A stretch of 64,000 nucleotides of DNA from the NCBI RefSeq assembly GCF_009914755.1, contig NC_060930.1; one strand, 5' to 3'. A model generated the notes under the pieces. The model did no database searches. It was given only the letters and a program-made list of their open reading frames with translations, and was not told the origin of the DNA. A program made the translations under genes and the position numbers. Of this stretch, positions 1 to 12,440 are shown one piece after another. This DNA is from the human T2T-CHM13v2.0 reference genome, Homo sapiens. Each line of letters starts with the position of its first letter. The first letter of the stretch is position 1.

Positions 1-32
<32 letters not shown>
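1..32. repeat. (CA)n microsatellite
   Basis: Perfect AC run, truncated by the window edge. Confidence 0.95.
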
Positions 33-35
<3 letters not shown>

Positions 36-1985
36 TCAGAACCAATAAATTAATAAAGTTTCAGAATAAAAAATGATCATATAAAAATCAGTAGCATTTA
101 TATACATTAACAGAGATCAATCTAAAAAGGAAATCAAGAAAGCAATCTCATTTACAGTAGGTACAAAAAACATACCTAGGAATATGTTTAACCAAGGAAG
201 TAAAAGATCTCTACAAGGAAAACTATAAAACACTGATGAAAGAGAAGAAGAGGGTACACAGACACAAATGGAAAGATATCCCATGCTCATGGATTAGAAG
301 AATGAATACTGTAAATCACCCAAAGTGATCAATAGATTCAATGTAATCTCTAGCAAAATACCAATGATGTTATTCACAGAAACAGAAAAAAGCATTCCTA
401 CAAGCGTAGGAAACCACAAAAGACTCCAAATAGCTAAAGCCATCCTGAGAAAAAAGAACAAAGCTGAAGACATCACACTGCCTGATTTCAAATTTTGCTA
501 CAAATGTATAGTAACCAGAACAGCACAGTACCAACACTAAAACAGACATGTGGACCAATGGAATAAAACGATGAATTCAGAAATAAATCCACGTACTTAC
601 AGCCAACTCATTTTTGGCAAAGACATCAAGAACATACATTGGGGAATGGACAGTCTCTTTGATAAATACTGCCAGGAAAGTTAGACATGCAGAAAAAAAT
701 GAATCGAGACCCCCCTCTTTTACCATATACATACATCAAATCAAAATGGATTAAAGACTTCAATGCAAGACCCAAAACGATAGAACTACTACTAAAAAAT
801 AATACGGAGAAACATTCCAGGACATTGATCTGGGTAAAGATTTTTTGGTAAGACCTCAACATTACAGACAACTATAACAAAAATAGAAAAATAGTATTAT
901 ATCAAGCCAGAAAGCTTCTACACAGCAAAGGAAAAAATCAACGAAGTGAAGAGACAACCCACAGAATGGGAGAAAATATTTGCAAACTACCCATCCAACA
1001 AGGGATTAGTAATCAGAATATATAAGAAACTCAAACAACCCAATTAAAAACTGGGCAAAAGACCTAATAGACATTTCTCAAAAGAAATGGCCAACACGTA
1101 CATGAAAAAAGGCTCAACATCACTAGTCATTATAGAAATGCAATTCAAAACCACAAGAAGATATTATCTGACCCCATTTAGAATTATCACAAAGACAAAA
1201 AATAGCAAATGCTGATGAGAAGGTGGAAAAAAAGGAACACTCATACACTGTTGGTAGGGATGTAAAGTAGTACACCCACTAGGGAAAACAGTATGGGGGT
1301 TCCTCAAAAAACTAAACTAGAACTACGTTTGGTATAGTCCAGCAATCTTACTGCTGGGTATGCATCTGACAGAAAGGAAATCAGTATATCAAAGAGACAT
1401 CGGCCCTCTCATGTTTATTACAACACTACTCACAATAGCCAAGACATCGAATCAACCTAAGTGTTCATCAATAGGCGAAAGGACAAAGAAAATATTGTAT
1501 ATGCACACAATGGAATACTAGTCAGCCATAAAAAGGAATTAAATCCTGTCATTTGCAGCAGGATGGATAGATCTGAAGATCATTCTGTTATGTAAAATAA
1601 GCATGACACAGAAAGACAAATATTGCATGTTCTCATTCATATGTGGGAGCTAAAACAGTGGGTCTTGTGGATGTTGAGAGCAGGATGGCGGATGCCAGAT
1701 GCTGGGGTGGAATGGTGGAGAGGAAGATGAAGGGGAGCTGGTTAAGGAGTACAAAAATACAGTCAGAAGGAATGAGCTATCACATGCAGTATAGTAGGAA
1801 AATTATGCTTAATAGTTTATTGTACATATCAAAATAGCTAGAAGAATTGTAATGTTCTCAATACAGAGAATAAAAATGTATGAGGTCATGGGTATCCCAA
1901 TTACCCTAACTTTATCATTACACATTTTAAACAGATATCAAAATATCACATATAACCCAAGAATACTACAGATATTATAATGAAT
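33..1985 (+). mobile_element. LINE-1 3' fragment (L1MA-like): degenerate ORF2 end and 3' UTR
   Basis: L1 hallmarks: TGGAAAGATATCCCATGCTCATGGATT, GAGACAACCCACAGAATGGGAGAAAATATTTGCAAAC, CAATGGAATACTAGTCAGCCATAAAAAGGAA. Confidence 0.9.
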
Positions 1986-2007
1986 TAGAATTAAATCTTC
2001 CAAACTA

Positions 2008-2245
2008 TACACGAGGGTGTCTTTCCATTTATATAGGTTTTAATTTATTTTGGCATTGTTTTTCTGTTTTCATAGTACAAGTCTTCTGCCTCCCAAGTTA
2101 CATTTATTACGAGGTATTTTATTGTTTTGTATGTTATTGCAAATGGTATTGTACTTTTAACTTCCGTTTTAAATTGTTTCTGTCTGGTATACAGACGCAC
2201 AACTGATTTCCATGTGTTGATCTTGTTCTCTGACACTTTGCCAAC
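2008..2245 (-). mobile_element. Old L1 ORF2 fragment, inverted
   Basis: Translates to KINTWKSVVRLYT...IPFAITYKTIKYLVINVTWEAEDLYYEN, resembling L1 ORF2. Confidence 0.75.
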
Positions 2246-2639
2246 TTTTCCACTTCTTTAAAATCCAGAATAAGTATGGCCTGAGACAAGGGAGGTTTGT
2301 GTATTCATGATGCATATGTATAGTCACGTGTATGTTGCTTGCGTATATACCATTCAATAATCAATACATAAATATAAATAATATGTATCTCCATTTTAAC
2401 AACTGTAATTTATTCCTAAAGCCATATTTAAAAATAATTACATTTTTAAATGGGAAAAGTCGTATGAAGAATTCTGTCCCACCTCAAGATAACTAAACAA
2501 TTTTTCAGTAGAAAAATAAATCTAAAAACAGAAAAAATATTTTAAAAGTAAATAAATCGTACATAAAACGAAGCGCAATCGAGTTTTGTTGCACTAATGC
2601 TTTCTTCCTCTTTCTACACCATTTTGTTTGCAGAATCGG

Positions 2640-3360
2640 CCTTTTGAAGGTTCCGGGTTACCCTGCAGTGAAGCTGTCATTCAAGCACAGTCAGGGCCCA
2701 GGAGAGGGCGCAGGGAGGGCGCAGGCGCGCAGGGAGGGCTGGGCATGCGCTCGGCGGGGCCTCCGGCTCTCGGGGACGCGCGCGGGCGGGGCTCGCCGGG
2801 GCTGAACCGGCTGAGCTTCCCAGGGACGCCCCGACCCAAGCCCTGCAGTCCGCGCGCGTCAGGGGTGTGCGCTGGAGGCCGGAAAGTCGAATATCACTTC
2901 CCATCCTGCATTTGATGTGCTTTGGGGTTGAAAAAGCCCTTATGTGGTAAAAAAAAAAAAAAAAAAAAAGTCAGAAAAGTGGCAAAAGTCTTCAACGGCC
3001 TGAAAAAGGCCGAGACAGGAACTGAGAAGCTGGCAGTAGGTCCTGCTACTGCTGCAGGGGCGGCGGGCGCCCTGGGTGGGCCACGAGGCAGGGACAGCCG
3101 AGGCTCCGCGCTCACCCCACCCGCAAGGGGCCAAGCGCAGACTCAGGGGAGCCAGAGGGGCCGGACCGCTGAGCAAGGGCTGGGGAAGGGTGAGTCAGGG
3201 GCCCCTGTGGGACTGCACGGGGTGGGGGGCACGGGCCCGGACCTCTCTCACAAATGCCCACGTGGTCCCCAAGGCTAACGCCGGCTGCGTGGGCCGCAAG
3301 CTGCTCTGGGCCCGCAGCTCACTCCCCTGGGCACAGGGCTGACACCCGGGCGAAGCAGGA
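2640..3360. promoter_or_regulatory. CpG island 3' of THBS2, probable promoter of antisense lncRNA THBS2-AS1
   Basis: High GC and CpG density (CGCGCGCG, GGGCGGGG GC box, CCGGAA ETS core); plus-strand donor AGG|GTGAGT at 3190. The lncRNA identity is from recollection, not from sequence. Confidence 0.65.
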
Positions 3361-4584
3361 GTGTCCCAGCTTGCTTCAGCCCCTCCCCTGGGCCCCCAGG
3401 CTGGTGGCTCCAGAAGGACTTTACTAAGAGGGTGGGAAGCATCAGTGCAGGTACCTGCCCTGGGCTAAGGGCCTCGTGTGGGTGATAGCCCTCAGCAGGG
3501 CCCTCCCATTTGGGCATTGGCAGCCCACAGGGCTGTGGCCGTGGAGCTGGAGTGGCAGCTCCTGGATCACCCCACACCTGCGTTCCTCAAGGCCTAGGCA
3601 CCACTTGCTCCATGGTCAAAAGCATCACTTTGTGAAACGCAGACTGAGCAAAGCTGGCCTAAGATTTTGGTCCTCCAGGAATGACGGAAGGAGCCCTCTG
3701 CCCCCATGTAGCCTATAGCTGGGACACGCAGCAGCCAGTGAGTTGGTCACGGTATGAAGGCTTCTCTCCTCCCGGCAATCACAGATCCCACGCTTGGATA
3801 CTTGGGAGTGAAGATGTGTTATTTCACCCACCGACTCGTTCCACACGACCAAGGCCTGTGCCTGCCCTGAGGGCGAGTTGGTTGAGCCTTGTACAGACAA
3901 CTCTCAGAGCGTGGGCCTGGGCCGAACCTTTCCCTGTGAGCAGCAGCATCAGCGTCTAGAACGACGGCCCTCCCGGTCCACGGTGGAAGGTGCGGAGCTC
4001 CCGTGGTGTGCTGGCAGCGATTCGCAGAAGGGAGATGGAGGGCCACAGGGCAGGTGCTCGCACGGAGTCATCGAGGTCCAGGGACACCTTCCTCCCAGGT
4101 GAGCTCACAAAGGCACCACACATTAATCCTGGGAGACAACCATTCTGATGTGGCTAAGGCCATCGACAGGGAACATGATTGTCAGGAAACCTCAACTTTT
4201 CGATAAATGACAGCAAAACCTGAATGCAGGAGAAATGTATCTCATTTTAATGCCTGACTTCTAAGCATCCTTATTCAACATATTATATGTATTTTTTGTT
4301 TCATGAGTAAAATGTACATTGAGCTTCCTCCAGTAGCTGTCCATAGACCAGCCACTATCACTGCCATCATTATTTTGTTTCTAAACTTTTCTTTTTACAC
4401 ATGTAGGTCTAGCTTTTTCCTCCATATTGATGAACTAAAACTCACTCATTTCACAACTCAAAGCCAGGGCCTTCAGTTCACAGCCCGTTGCCTCAGACGG
4501 CCTTTCCTATATCTTATTGCTTCACTGTCTGACTCACTCCAGCGTGTTTCAGCCAAGTATACTTGTTTTTATTCATCTTGCTCT

Positions 4585-4800
4585 CTTTTCCTCCCTCCCC
4601 CAACTCCCCCTCTTTCCCTCTGTCTCTTTGTCTCTTTCTCTCTCCCCCATCCCTCCCTCTCTTCCCCTTTCTCTCTGGATGCCCTCTCTCCCTCTCTCCC
4701 TCCCTCTCTTCCCCTTTCTCTCTGGATGCCCTCTCTCCCTCTCTCCCTCCCTCTCTTCCCCTTTCTCTCTGGATGCCCTCTCTCCCTCTCTCCCTGTTTT
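4585..4800 (+). repeat. CT-rich tract with 3 copies of a 47-bp unit
   Basis: CCCTCCCTCTCTTCCCCTTTCTCTCTGGATGCCCTCTCTCCCTCTCT x3 from 4651. Confidence 0.9.
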
Positions 4801-5394
4801 TCTTCTCTGTGTCTGCCTGCATAATATTCAGAAATCCCAACAAGAGCAGCTGGAGCTGCTAAAGAAACCCCAGCGTTCTGTGCTGCTGCCATTGCCTCCT
4901 CCAACTGGTGAGCCCGATCGGCCCATTTTTAGGCAGTGCTGTGGTTGGAAATGGGCCCTTCCTCTGGGGTCCGCTACTTCCCTCCACCTGACTCAGAAGA
5001 ATGAGTCAAGAGGGAAGAACAGCTCGTATTAGGGAGAGGGTCCCGTGTGCTGTTGCCTTTTTCGGAATCATTTCAATCATGTTTGCCAAATTCCCTACGA
5101 AGTTCTGTTCCCTCGTTTGACAATGAGCAGAGGCAGGAGAGATGAATTGCTAAATGGTTGTATCCCACACCGTGCTGGGAGGCTCAGCAGAACAGAGACC
5201 TGTGTCAAGCAGGGCTTCCTTCTCCACCAGGCCCTTCAGCCTGCATTTTAACCTGTGACTTGCGAGGAGATAGCCCGTGATCACACCACAGGCCTACTTA
5301 CATGACAGGAAGCAAAATGCCAATTCCTTCTACCCCTTTCCCCCACCCCGGTAGAAACCCTGCTAGTTCTTTTTAAAAAAGGGAGAGAGATCAT

Positions 5395-7432
5395 GTATAG
5401 AAAACCTTTTTTACAATTTATTTCCTGTTGTTAATCTTTAAAAATGAGGTTCTAGCTAAGTGCAGGGTTTCAGTGGTGAAATTTTGACCATGTGAACACA
5501 TAAATAAATATTTACAGTCTTTGGCAAAACACATGACGTTTCATCAACCTATACGATAAATTTGTTTAGAAAAACATAAATAATTTACAAAAAATATGGT
5601 ACATTCTAAATATTCACATCATCGTCACTCCCACACCATTGTACGGTTGACCCCACAACACAGAAACAGAAAACCTGCACGCTGTTGACAGTCGCTACAT
5701 TTAATGAAGTATCCCAACGCTTCGTTGGTCTCGGGAATACAGCTCCACACGCAAAAAAGTAAAAAGTGCAGCAAAACAACAACACAACGATCAACCTCAA
5801 AGGAAACAACAAAATTAATTTTATCAAAATGCAATGTGTACATTAAGACTAAAGTTATGGATTGTTCCTGTTTGGCATAGAAATGTGATGACTATTAACA
5901 GAAAGGGGAAAAAGATTTGCCCCCTATCCATCATCAGACAGACAGACTTCTCTTACTAAACCCCTTATGTGGAGTGGGATGAGTGACTATTTCCTGCAGA
6001 AAGATCATGCAACTTAAAGCAAAAAAACAAACCAACCAACAAAAAAAACAAAAACAAAAACAAACTTGTGCATATTACACATGACTGATTATTGGGTGTG
6101 CCTGGCAAGACTAAATGCTGATTCTTTTCAGCGTTTGAATTAAAAGAATTCCATATACAGCAGATAGATAACAGTAACAAATATTGAACTAAAATCGCTG
6201 GCAACATTATATATTTAAGGTTCCATCATAAACTCCTCATTATTCTCTATGTATTCTGTTACAGCTTCTAGCATGCTTCATCGTGACAACCTAATATTAT
6301 CAAGCCTCATATTTTCACAGGATTATATACTTATTAGATGTTTGTTTCTAGAAATTATACTACATATGTGTTACTAGGCATATTTAAAATAAGTTACTGG
6401 TAAATGGAGTTGCATTCTATAGTCACTTAATAAATATTAACAAAATATTTATAACTGGAACCTTAATGAAATGTATCATCAAATCAGGTAAAAGCAACTT
6501 GTCCGCAGTTACCAAAGCCTAGATACGCGTTAGATGCGCCTTTTCCGGCCTGTGCGTCTGCTCTGGTTCCTCTCAGGCAGCAAAGCTGGGGAAGGAAGCT
6601 CAGGCAGGAGCCTCCCCGACGCCACAGCGGCACAAGCAGCAGCTAAAGCACCGCACTTTGCTCTGCTAACCTTTTACTTAAATGAGGTTTTGCCAAATCC
6701 ACATCTGGAACCGCGTCACACCCATTTGCAAGGATGTTTGTTCTTTGATGAAACTGCATCTCTACTGCACATGAGGGCTTTCATTGTAGGACAAGAGGAG
6801 AGTTCGTTTATTTTTGTAACTGTTTTACATGTTCCGATTAGTTAATCGGTAGCTTATGTCATTTGCTATGCCTGTTGTCTTCTAATCTCTCCTTACTAAA
6901 ACATTACTTCAAATTTGAATTGACCCTTGTTTATAATTTATTTAATGGGATTTGTGTGTCATTGTAGAGCAACTCTAATTCAAGAATAGTGACAACTTTA
7001 AGCACCAAAAGTAGTTCAGCAATATTTTTCATGCTTAATTTATCATAATGGCTTATGCACAGTATTCCCTTCAACTCCATATACACATAAATACAATAAG
7101 TAATTACATTTTATATGTAAACGTCATTCTTTTTAAACAAACAAGAAAAAGCAATGTAATGGCATGCCCAATTTTCACTCCACATAAAGTCTCATATATC
7201 ACCAAACTGGTTTCCTCTAGTGGGTTAGATGTTCATCTCTGAGTTCCATTGATATTTATCCTCTGAAGGCACTTGGGTTTGGGGTTGCTGGCAGGAGGTG
7301 AAGAACCATCAGAGTTAAGGTCAAGGGACAGGAGGTGCTGCTAGAGAGAGAAGCCACAAGGACCACAATGAACTGAGGTGTCTAGGGACCATGGCATGCA
7401 CAGGGCATTGCCGGAAATGCAGCAAATCTTGT
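5395..7432 (-). other. THBS2: THBS2 3' UTR (~2 kb)
   Basis: AU-rich, repeat-free sequence between the stop codon and distal AATAAA. Confidence 0.9.
5417..5422 (-). terminator. Distal polyadenylation signal AATAAA
   Basis: Plus-strand TTTATT; followed on the minus strand by a U-rich downstream element (CTCTCTCCCTTTTTT). Confidence 0.8.
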
Positions 7433-7440
7433 TTAAATAT
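7433..7440 (-). CDS. THBS2: THBS2 exon 22 coding part (D-I-stop)
   Basis: Long U-rich acceptor TTTTTGTAG|AT ATT TAA; brings the CDS to 3519 nt. Confidence 0.95.
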
Positions 7441-7559
7441 CTACAAAAAGAAAAAAAAAAGCAATAAACAATTAGCATAACTGGGCCATGGGTAGTGATT
7501 TATTTTGTTTTACCTAGAACCAGAAATATAATTACTTTAATTAAAGATGAGATCTATCA

Positions 7560-9065
7560 TATGGATGGATGGATGGATGGATGAAATGGATGGGTGGATG
7601 GATGAGATGGGTGGGTGGATGGATGAGATGGGTCGGTGGGTGGGTGGATGAGATGGATGGATGGATGGATGGATGAAATGGATGGGTGGGTGGATGAAAT
7701 GGGTGGGTGGATGGATGGGTGGATGGATGGGGTGGGTGGGTGGATGAGATGGATGGATGGATGGATGAAATGAGTGGGTGGATGGATGGATGAGTGGGTT
7801 GGTGGATGAGATGAATGGGTGGATGGATGATGAGATGGTTGGGTGGCTGGATGAGATGGATGGATGGGTGGATGGATGGATGAAATGGATTGGTGGATGG
7901 ATGAAATGGGTGGGTGGATGGATGGATGAGTGGGTTGGTAGATGAGATGAATGGGTGGATGAGATGAATTGATGGATGGATGGATGAATGAGATAGGTGG
8001 GTTGGTGGAGATGGATGGGTGGGTGGATGGATGAGATGGATGAGTGGGTGGGTGGGTGGCTGAGATGGATGGATGGGATAGATGAGTGGGGGTGGATGAA
8101 ATGGATGGGTGGATGGATGGATGGATGAGATGGATGGGTGGGTGGGTGGATGGACTAGATGGATAGGTGGATGGGGCTGGGTGGATGGATGGATGAGATG
8201 GGTGGGTGTGTGGGTGGGTGGATGGATGAATGGATGGATGGATGAGATGGATGGTTGGGTGAATGGATGAGATGGATGGGCGGATGAGTAGATGGATGGA
8301 TGGGATGGATGGATGGATGAGACAGGTGGATGGATGGATGAGATAGGTGGGTGGATGAGATGGATGGATGGGTGGGTGGGTGGATGGAGGGATGAGTGGG
8401 TTGGTGGATGAGATGGATGAGTGCATGGGTGGGTGGCTGAGATGGATGGATGGATGGATAAGATGGATGGATAAGTGCTGGGTGGATGGATGGATGATGA
8501 GTGGGTGGGTAAGTGGATGAGATGAGTGGATGGATGGATGAGTAGGTGGGTGGATGAGATGAGTGGATGGATGGATGAGTAGGTGGGTGGATGAGTGGAT
8601 GGATGGATGAGTAGGTGGGTGGATGAGATGAGTGGATGGATGGATGAGTAGGTGGGTGGATGAGATGGATGGATGGATGGATGAGATGGATGTATTGATA
8701 GGTGGATGGATGGATGGATGAGTAGGTAGGTGAGTGGATGAGATGAATGGATGGATGGGATAGATGAGTGAGTGGGGGTGAATGAAATGGTTGGGTGGAT
8801 GTGTGGGTGGATGGATGGATGAAATGGATGAGTGGGTGGGTGGGTGGATGGATTAGATGGATAGGTGGATGGGTGGGTGGATGGATGGATGGATGAGATA
8901 GTTGGGTGGATGGGTGGTTGGATGGATGAGATGGGTGGGTGTGTGGGTGGGTGGATGGATGGATGGTTGGGTGAATGGATGAGATGGGTGGATGAATGGA
9001 TGGATGGATGGGTGGATGGATGAGATATATGGGTGGGTGGATGAATGATATGGATGGATGGGAGG
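7560..9065 (+). repeat. (GGAT/GGGT)n simple-repeat array, ~1.5 kb, last intron
   Basis: Directly visible; source of the 527/438/289-aa HP-rich pseudo-ORFs. Confidence 0.97.
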
Positions 9066-9141
9066 AAATGAGATGCCTTGAAAGACATCCTAACATAAGG
9101 AGAAGAAAACCTCCACAGAAGCAAGCAGATAAATCAACCCC

Positions 9142-9255
9142 AACAGGGTTTTGCCCTGTTGGCCAGGCTGGTCTCGAACTCCTGACCTCAGGGGATCCAC
9201 CCGCCTTGGCCTCCCAAAGGGCTAGGATTACAGGCATGAGCCACTGCCCCCAGCC
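9142..9255 (-). mobile_element. Alu left-arm fragment
   Basis: GGCCAGGCTGGTCTCGAACTCCTGACCTC...GATTACAGGCATGAGCCAC. Confidence 0.9.
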
Positions 9256-9808
9256 AAACACATGATTTTCAATGTGTGATTCTTGAGAAGCATCCTGAGC
9301 CTTATTTACTGCATCTGTGGAAGGGTAATGCGCATTTGAAGGCATGGAATTAGAGCAGATGGAATTCAAGTTATCTTCCAGGTCTATAATATTTTGATTC
9401 AAATATACCTGTAGCGAGATAACTATAGAGAAACTCCTTCCTTCCTTCTTTCCTTCCTGCCTGCCTGCCATTGCTAATGCAAGGGTACCAATCTAAAATG
9501 GCGTCAGGAGCCTGGAAGTGGAGGAAATCTAGGAAACTCTAGGCTATGGCACAATGAGGATGGGTGGGACCTGTAAATAATTGGAAAGTGTTCTACCAGA
9601 GGCATCCAAATGCAATTAAAAACAAAACAATCCAAGCTGACCAAATGAAATGGCTGCTTGGAATGTGCAGGGGGCTCATGTGTGGTATTGTGCATTAGGT
9701 TTATTGCCCTGATGTACAGCTTTTGTAAGTGGAAGAGCGCACTGTGTACCCCTTTCCCTTTCTGGGTGCCACATGCCTTCCCCACTAACCTGAAGTGCTC
9801 ACACTCAC

Positions 9809-9948
9809 CTCTGCATTCGTACTTGAGGTCTGAGAAATAGACCATTTCTTGAGAGAAGACAAATAGACCCAGCCGCCCGCCAGCGTAGGTTTGGTCATAG
9901 ATAGGTCCTGAGTCTGCCATGACCTGTTTTCCTTCATGCACTAAGACT
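9809..9948 (-). CDS. THBS2: THBS2 exon 21: C-terminal domain
   Basis: [46 protein letters not shown]; 140 nt. Confidence 0.98.
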
Positions 9949-11040
9949 CTAAAAATGGTGTTTAAAAAGAAGAAGAGGAAAGAAAGACAACATGAACTCT
10001 GTGAAGCATTCACCAGTGATGGAAGGTTGGCTCCGGACACAAGCTGTGGATACTCCGCCCAGGGCTTCAGTGCCCCAGGGGGCATTGCTGGCTTTCTCCT
10101 TTGGAGCTCCAGCCACCCCTGGTGCAGCACTGATCCAGGGCACGCCTTCCTTCTTGCAACCACACTATTGTCACAATCTGTGAGTTCACTTACAGTCACC
10201 CAGGCAAGGGCTTTAGAGGAGACTCTACCTTTGGTGGGGTGAGGAGGAAGCTTCCCACTTCCTGGGAAGATGCACCGGACTCTCCCTACTTCACCTTGTG
10301 CTAAAACCATGAGCTCACCGGCTCTCCTCCCCACTGTGGAAGCTGCGTGGGAGCAGGACTGGATACACCAAGCCCCCGACAGGAGGATGGGGCATCAATA
10401 TGAATAAACAGGAGGCCCCCTAGGGAAACGTTCCAGCGAGGCCACGAGCCTGCACTTCACCCACACAGATCTGCCCTCTATTGCCAGGGACTCACACACT
10501 CCTGGCATCTGTGCAGAGTCCAGCCTGATCTTGGTGCTTATTAACTTTGAAAAAACAAAAACACCTTGATTTTAAATTGACCACATTTTGTTTGAATAAA
10601 AATCAATTATAAATACTGTTAAGCCAAGGGAAAAGATTCTGTTGGGCTAACTGTGTCAAAACTTCATACAACCGTGTTTTAAATTCAGCCATTTATATCA
10701 GGTACAAATCTAGTCTCCAATAAAGCACATGCTAATTCTGCAAAGATGCAGTTATTTTAATTGCAGGTGTTCTCCCCTGCCTGGGGTATTCATTAGGAGA
10801 AAATATGGTTATCATCCCAAAACAAAGCAGATTGTATATTCTCCTTTTCAACCATTTTTTAAAAATACTTAATATTTAGTAGAGATGCAGGATAGAAAAG
10901 AGAAAGCAGTTAATGACGAAGAATCCAGAGTAAAACAAAAAGTTAGAATTCACTTGAGCTTATTTGTCTATTAATGTTCAAATGTGCCGTCCGATGGGAA
11001 GCCCCTTGGAAGAAATGCAGCTGTGCTGACCTGCCCTCAC

Positions 11041-11138
11041 CTGATGTAGCCAGTCTTGGGCCTGTGAGTCAGGTGCCACCTATAGGCCGTGTAGTCCTTC
11101 CAGCCAATGTTCCTGGGGTCGTGCCATAAGGTTCGCAC
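11041..11138 (-). CDS. THBS2: THBS2 exon 20: C-terminal domain
   Basis: [33 protein letters not shown]; 98 nt. Confidence 0.98.
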
Positions 11139-11807
11139 CTGAGAGAGAACATAGCACTCTTGAGTGCCATGGGCACCCGGAGCCTTAACCACAGCTCTGT
11201 AACACCAAGCAGGAAGCAAAAACATGACTTTGCAAGTTCATGCTTAAGGCTCATGGTGCTCCATATCTCTCTGATGTGTTTATCATCCAAATCTCTACTG
11301 TGGATTGAAGCCCATGGACAGAGTGTGGCTCAGGGCTGAGAGCCAAGGCACCTGACCCTCAGATTCCTGGATTGAAGAGCCCAGGCACCTGATCCTCAGA
11401 TTCCTGGGTTCATGTCTGGATCTTCTCTTTCCTTGATATGGGATGTTGGGCAAAATTCTTGAAGTTTTGATATTCAATTCTCCCTAGCTTCAATTTTTAA
11501 AATATTTTTTTCATATTATATCTTTGATCATTATGTCCTATGCTCACTCCCTATCTCCAGAAGAGGGTAAAAGAGGTTTAATTTGTAAAAGGATTAGCAA
11601 CTGTATTTAACTGGTAATTATCAACTGTGTTGAGTTGTAACCCCAGGCACAGTGTCTATAATAAAGTAAGATTATTAAAATAACTGTGCCTGGAGTTAAA
11701 ATTAATAAAGACAAAAGTGGGGTCTCTGGACTGGGCTAGTCCTGCTGAAACACTCTGCAGCCACAGTGGTGCAGAGGAGATGTGTGGGCCTGGCCAGCCA
11801 ACCTCAC

Positions 11808-12079
11808 CTGCCCCGGCGTGTTCCCCGTGTGCCACAGCGCGTTCCTCAGGTGCTCGCCCGTCCCCGTGGTGGAGTTCACCACCTTGAGGGACACGCCGGA
11901 GTAGCCATAGGCCCGCGTGGGCTGGTCCTCCCAGTAGGTCTGCGTCACCTGCTTCCACATCACCACATAGAAGCGGCTGCTTGACTGGTAACCAAAGACG
12001 AAGCCGGCATAGTCGTCGTCCCGGTCAGTGTTTACGTAGAATGTGCCACTGAAGTCCACAGACCCAAACTCGTCAAAAC
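11808..12079 (-). CDS. THBS2: THBS2 exon 19: C-terminal L-type lectin-like domain
   Basis: [44 protein letters not shown]...; 272 nt. Confidence 0.98.
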
Positions 12080-12123
12080 CTGGATGCAACGCCATAAGGT
12101 TTCGTTAGAAACACCTTTCAGGT

Positions 12124-12440
12124 GGCCGGGAGTAGTGACTCATGCCTGTAATCCCAGCACTTTGAGAGGCCGAGGTGGGCAGATCACCTGAGGTCAAGAG
12201 TTCGAGACTGGTCTGACCAATATGGTGAAACCTTGTCTCTACTAAAAATGCAAAAATTAGCCGGGCATGGTGGTGGGTACCTGTAATCCCAGCTACTCAG
12301 GAGGCTGAGGCAGGAGAATCACTTGAACCGGGGAAAAAAGGTTGCAGTGAACTGAGATTGTACCACTATACTCCAGCCTGGGGGACAAGAGCAAGACTCC
12401 ATCTCAAAAAAAAAAAAAGAAAAAAAAGAAAAAAAAAAGA
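12124..12440 (+). mobile_element. AluS full length
   Basis: Dimeric Alu with A tail; degenerate TSD GAAACA(CC/GG)TTTCAGG. Confidence 0.95.

Noticed and set aside
2628-3342. ORFs in the CpG island, including a poly-Lys stretch
   Set aside because: GC-rich stop-poor sequence; poly-K comes from the A tract and most starts are non-ATG.
7560-9065. EWS-FLI1-type microsatellite enhancer
   Set aside because: That requires (GGAA)n; this array is GGAT/GGGT.
7541-9471. 527/438/289-aa His-Pro-rich ORFs
   Set aside because: Translations of the (GGAT)n array, open in several frames only because the repeat lacks stop codons.
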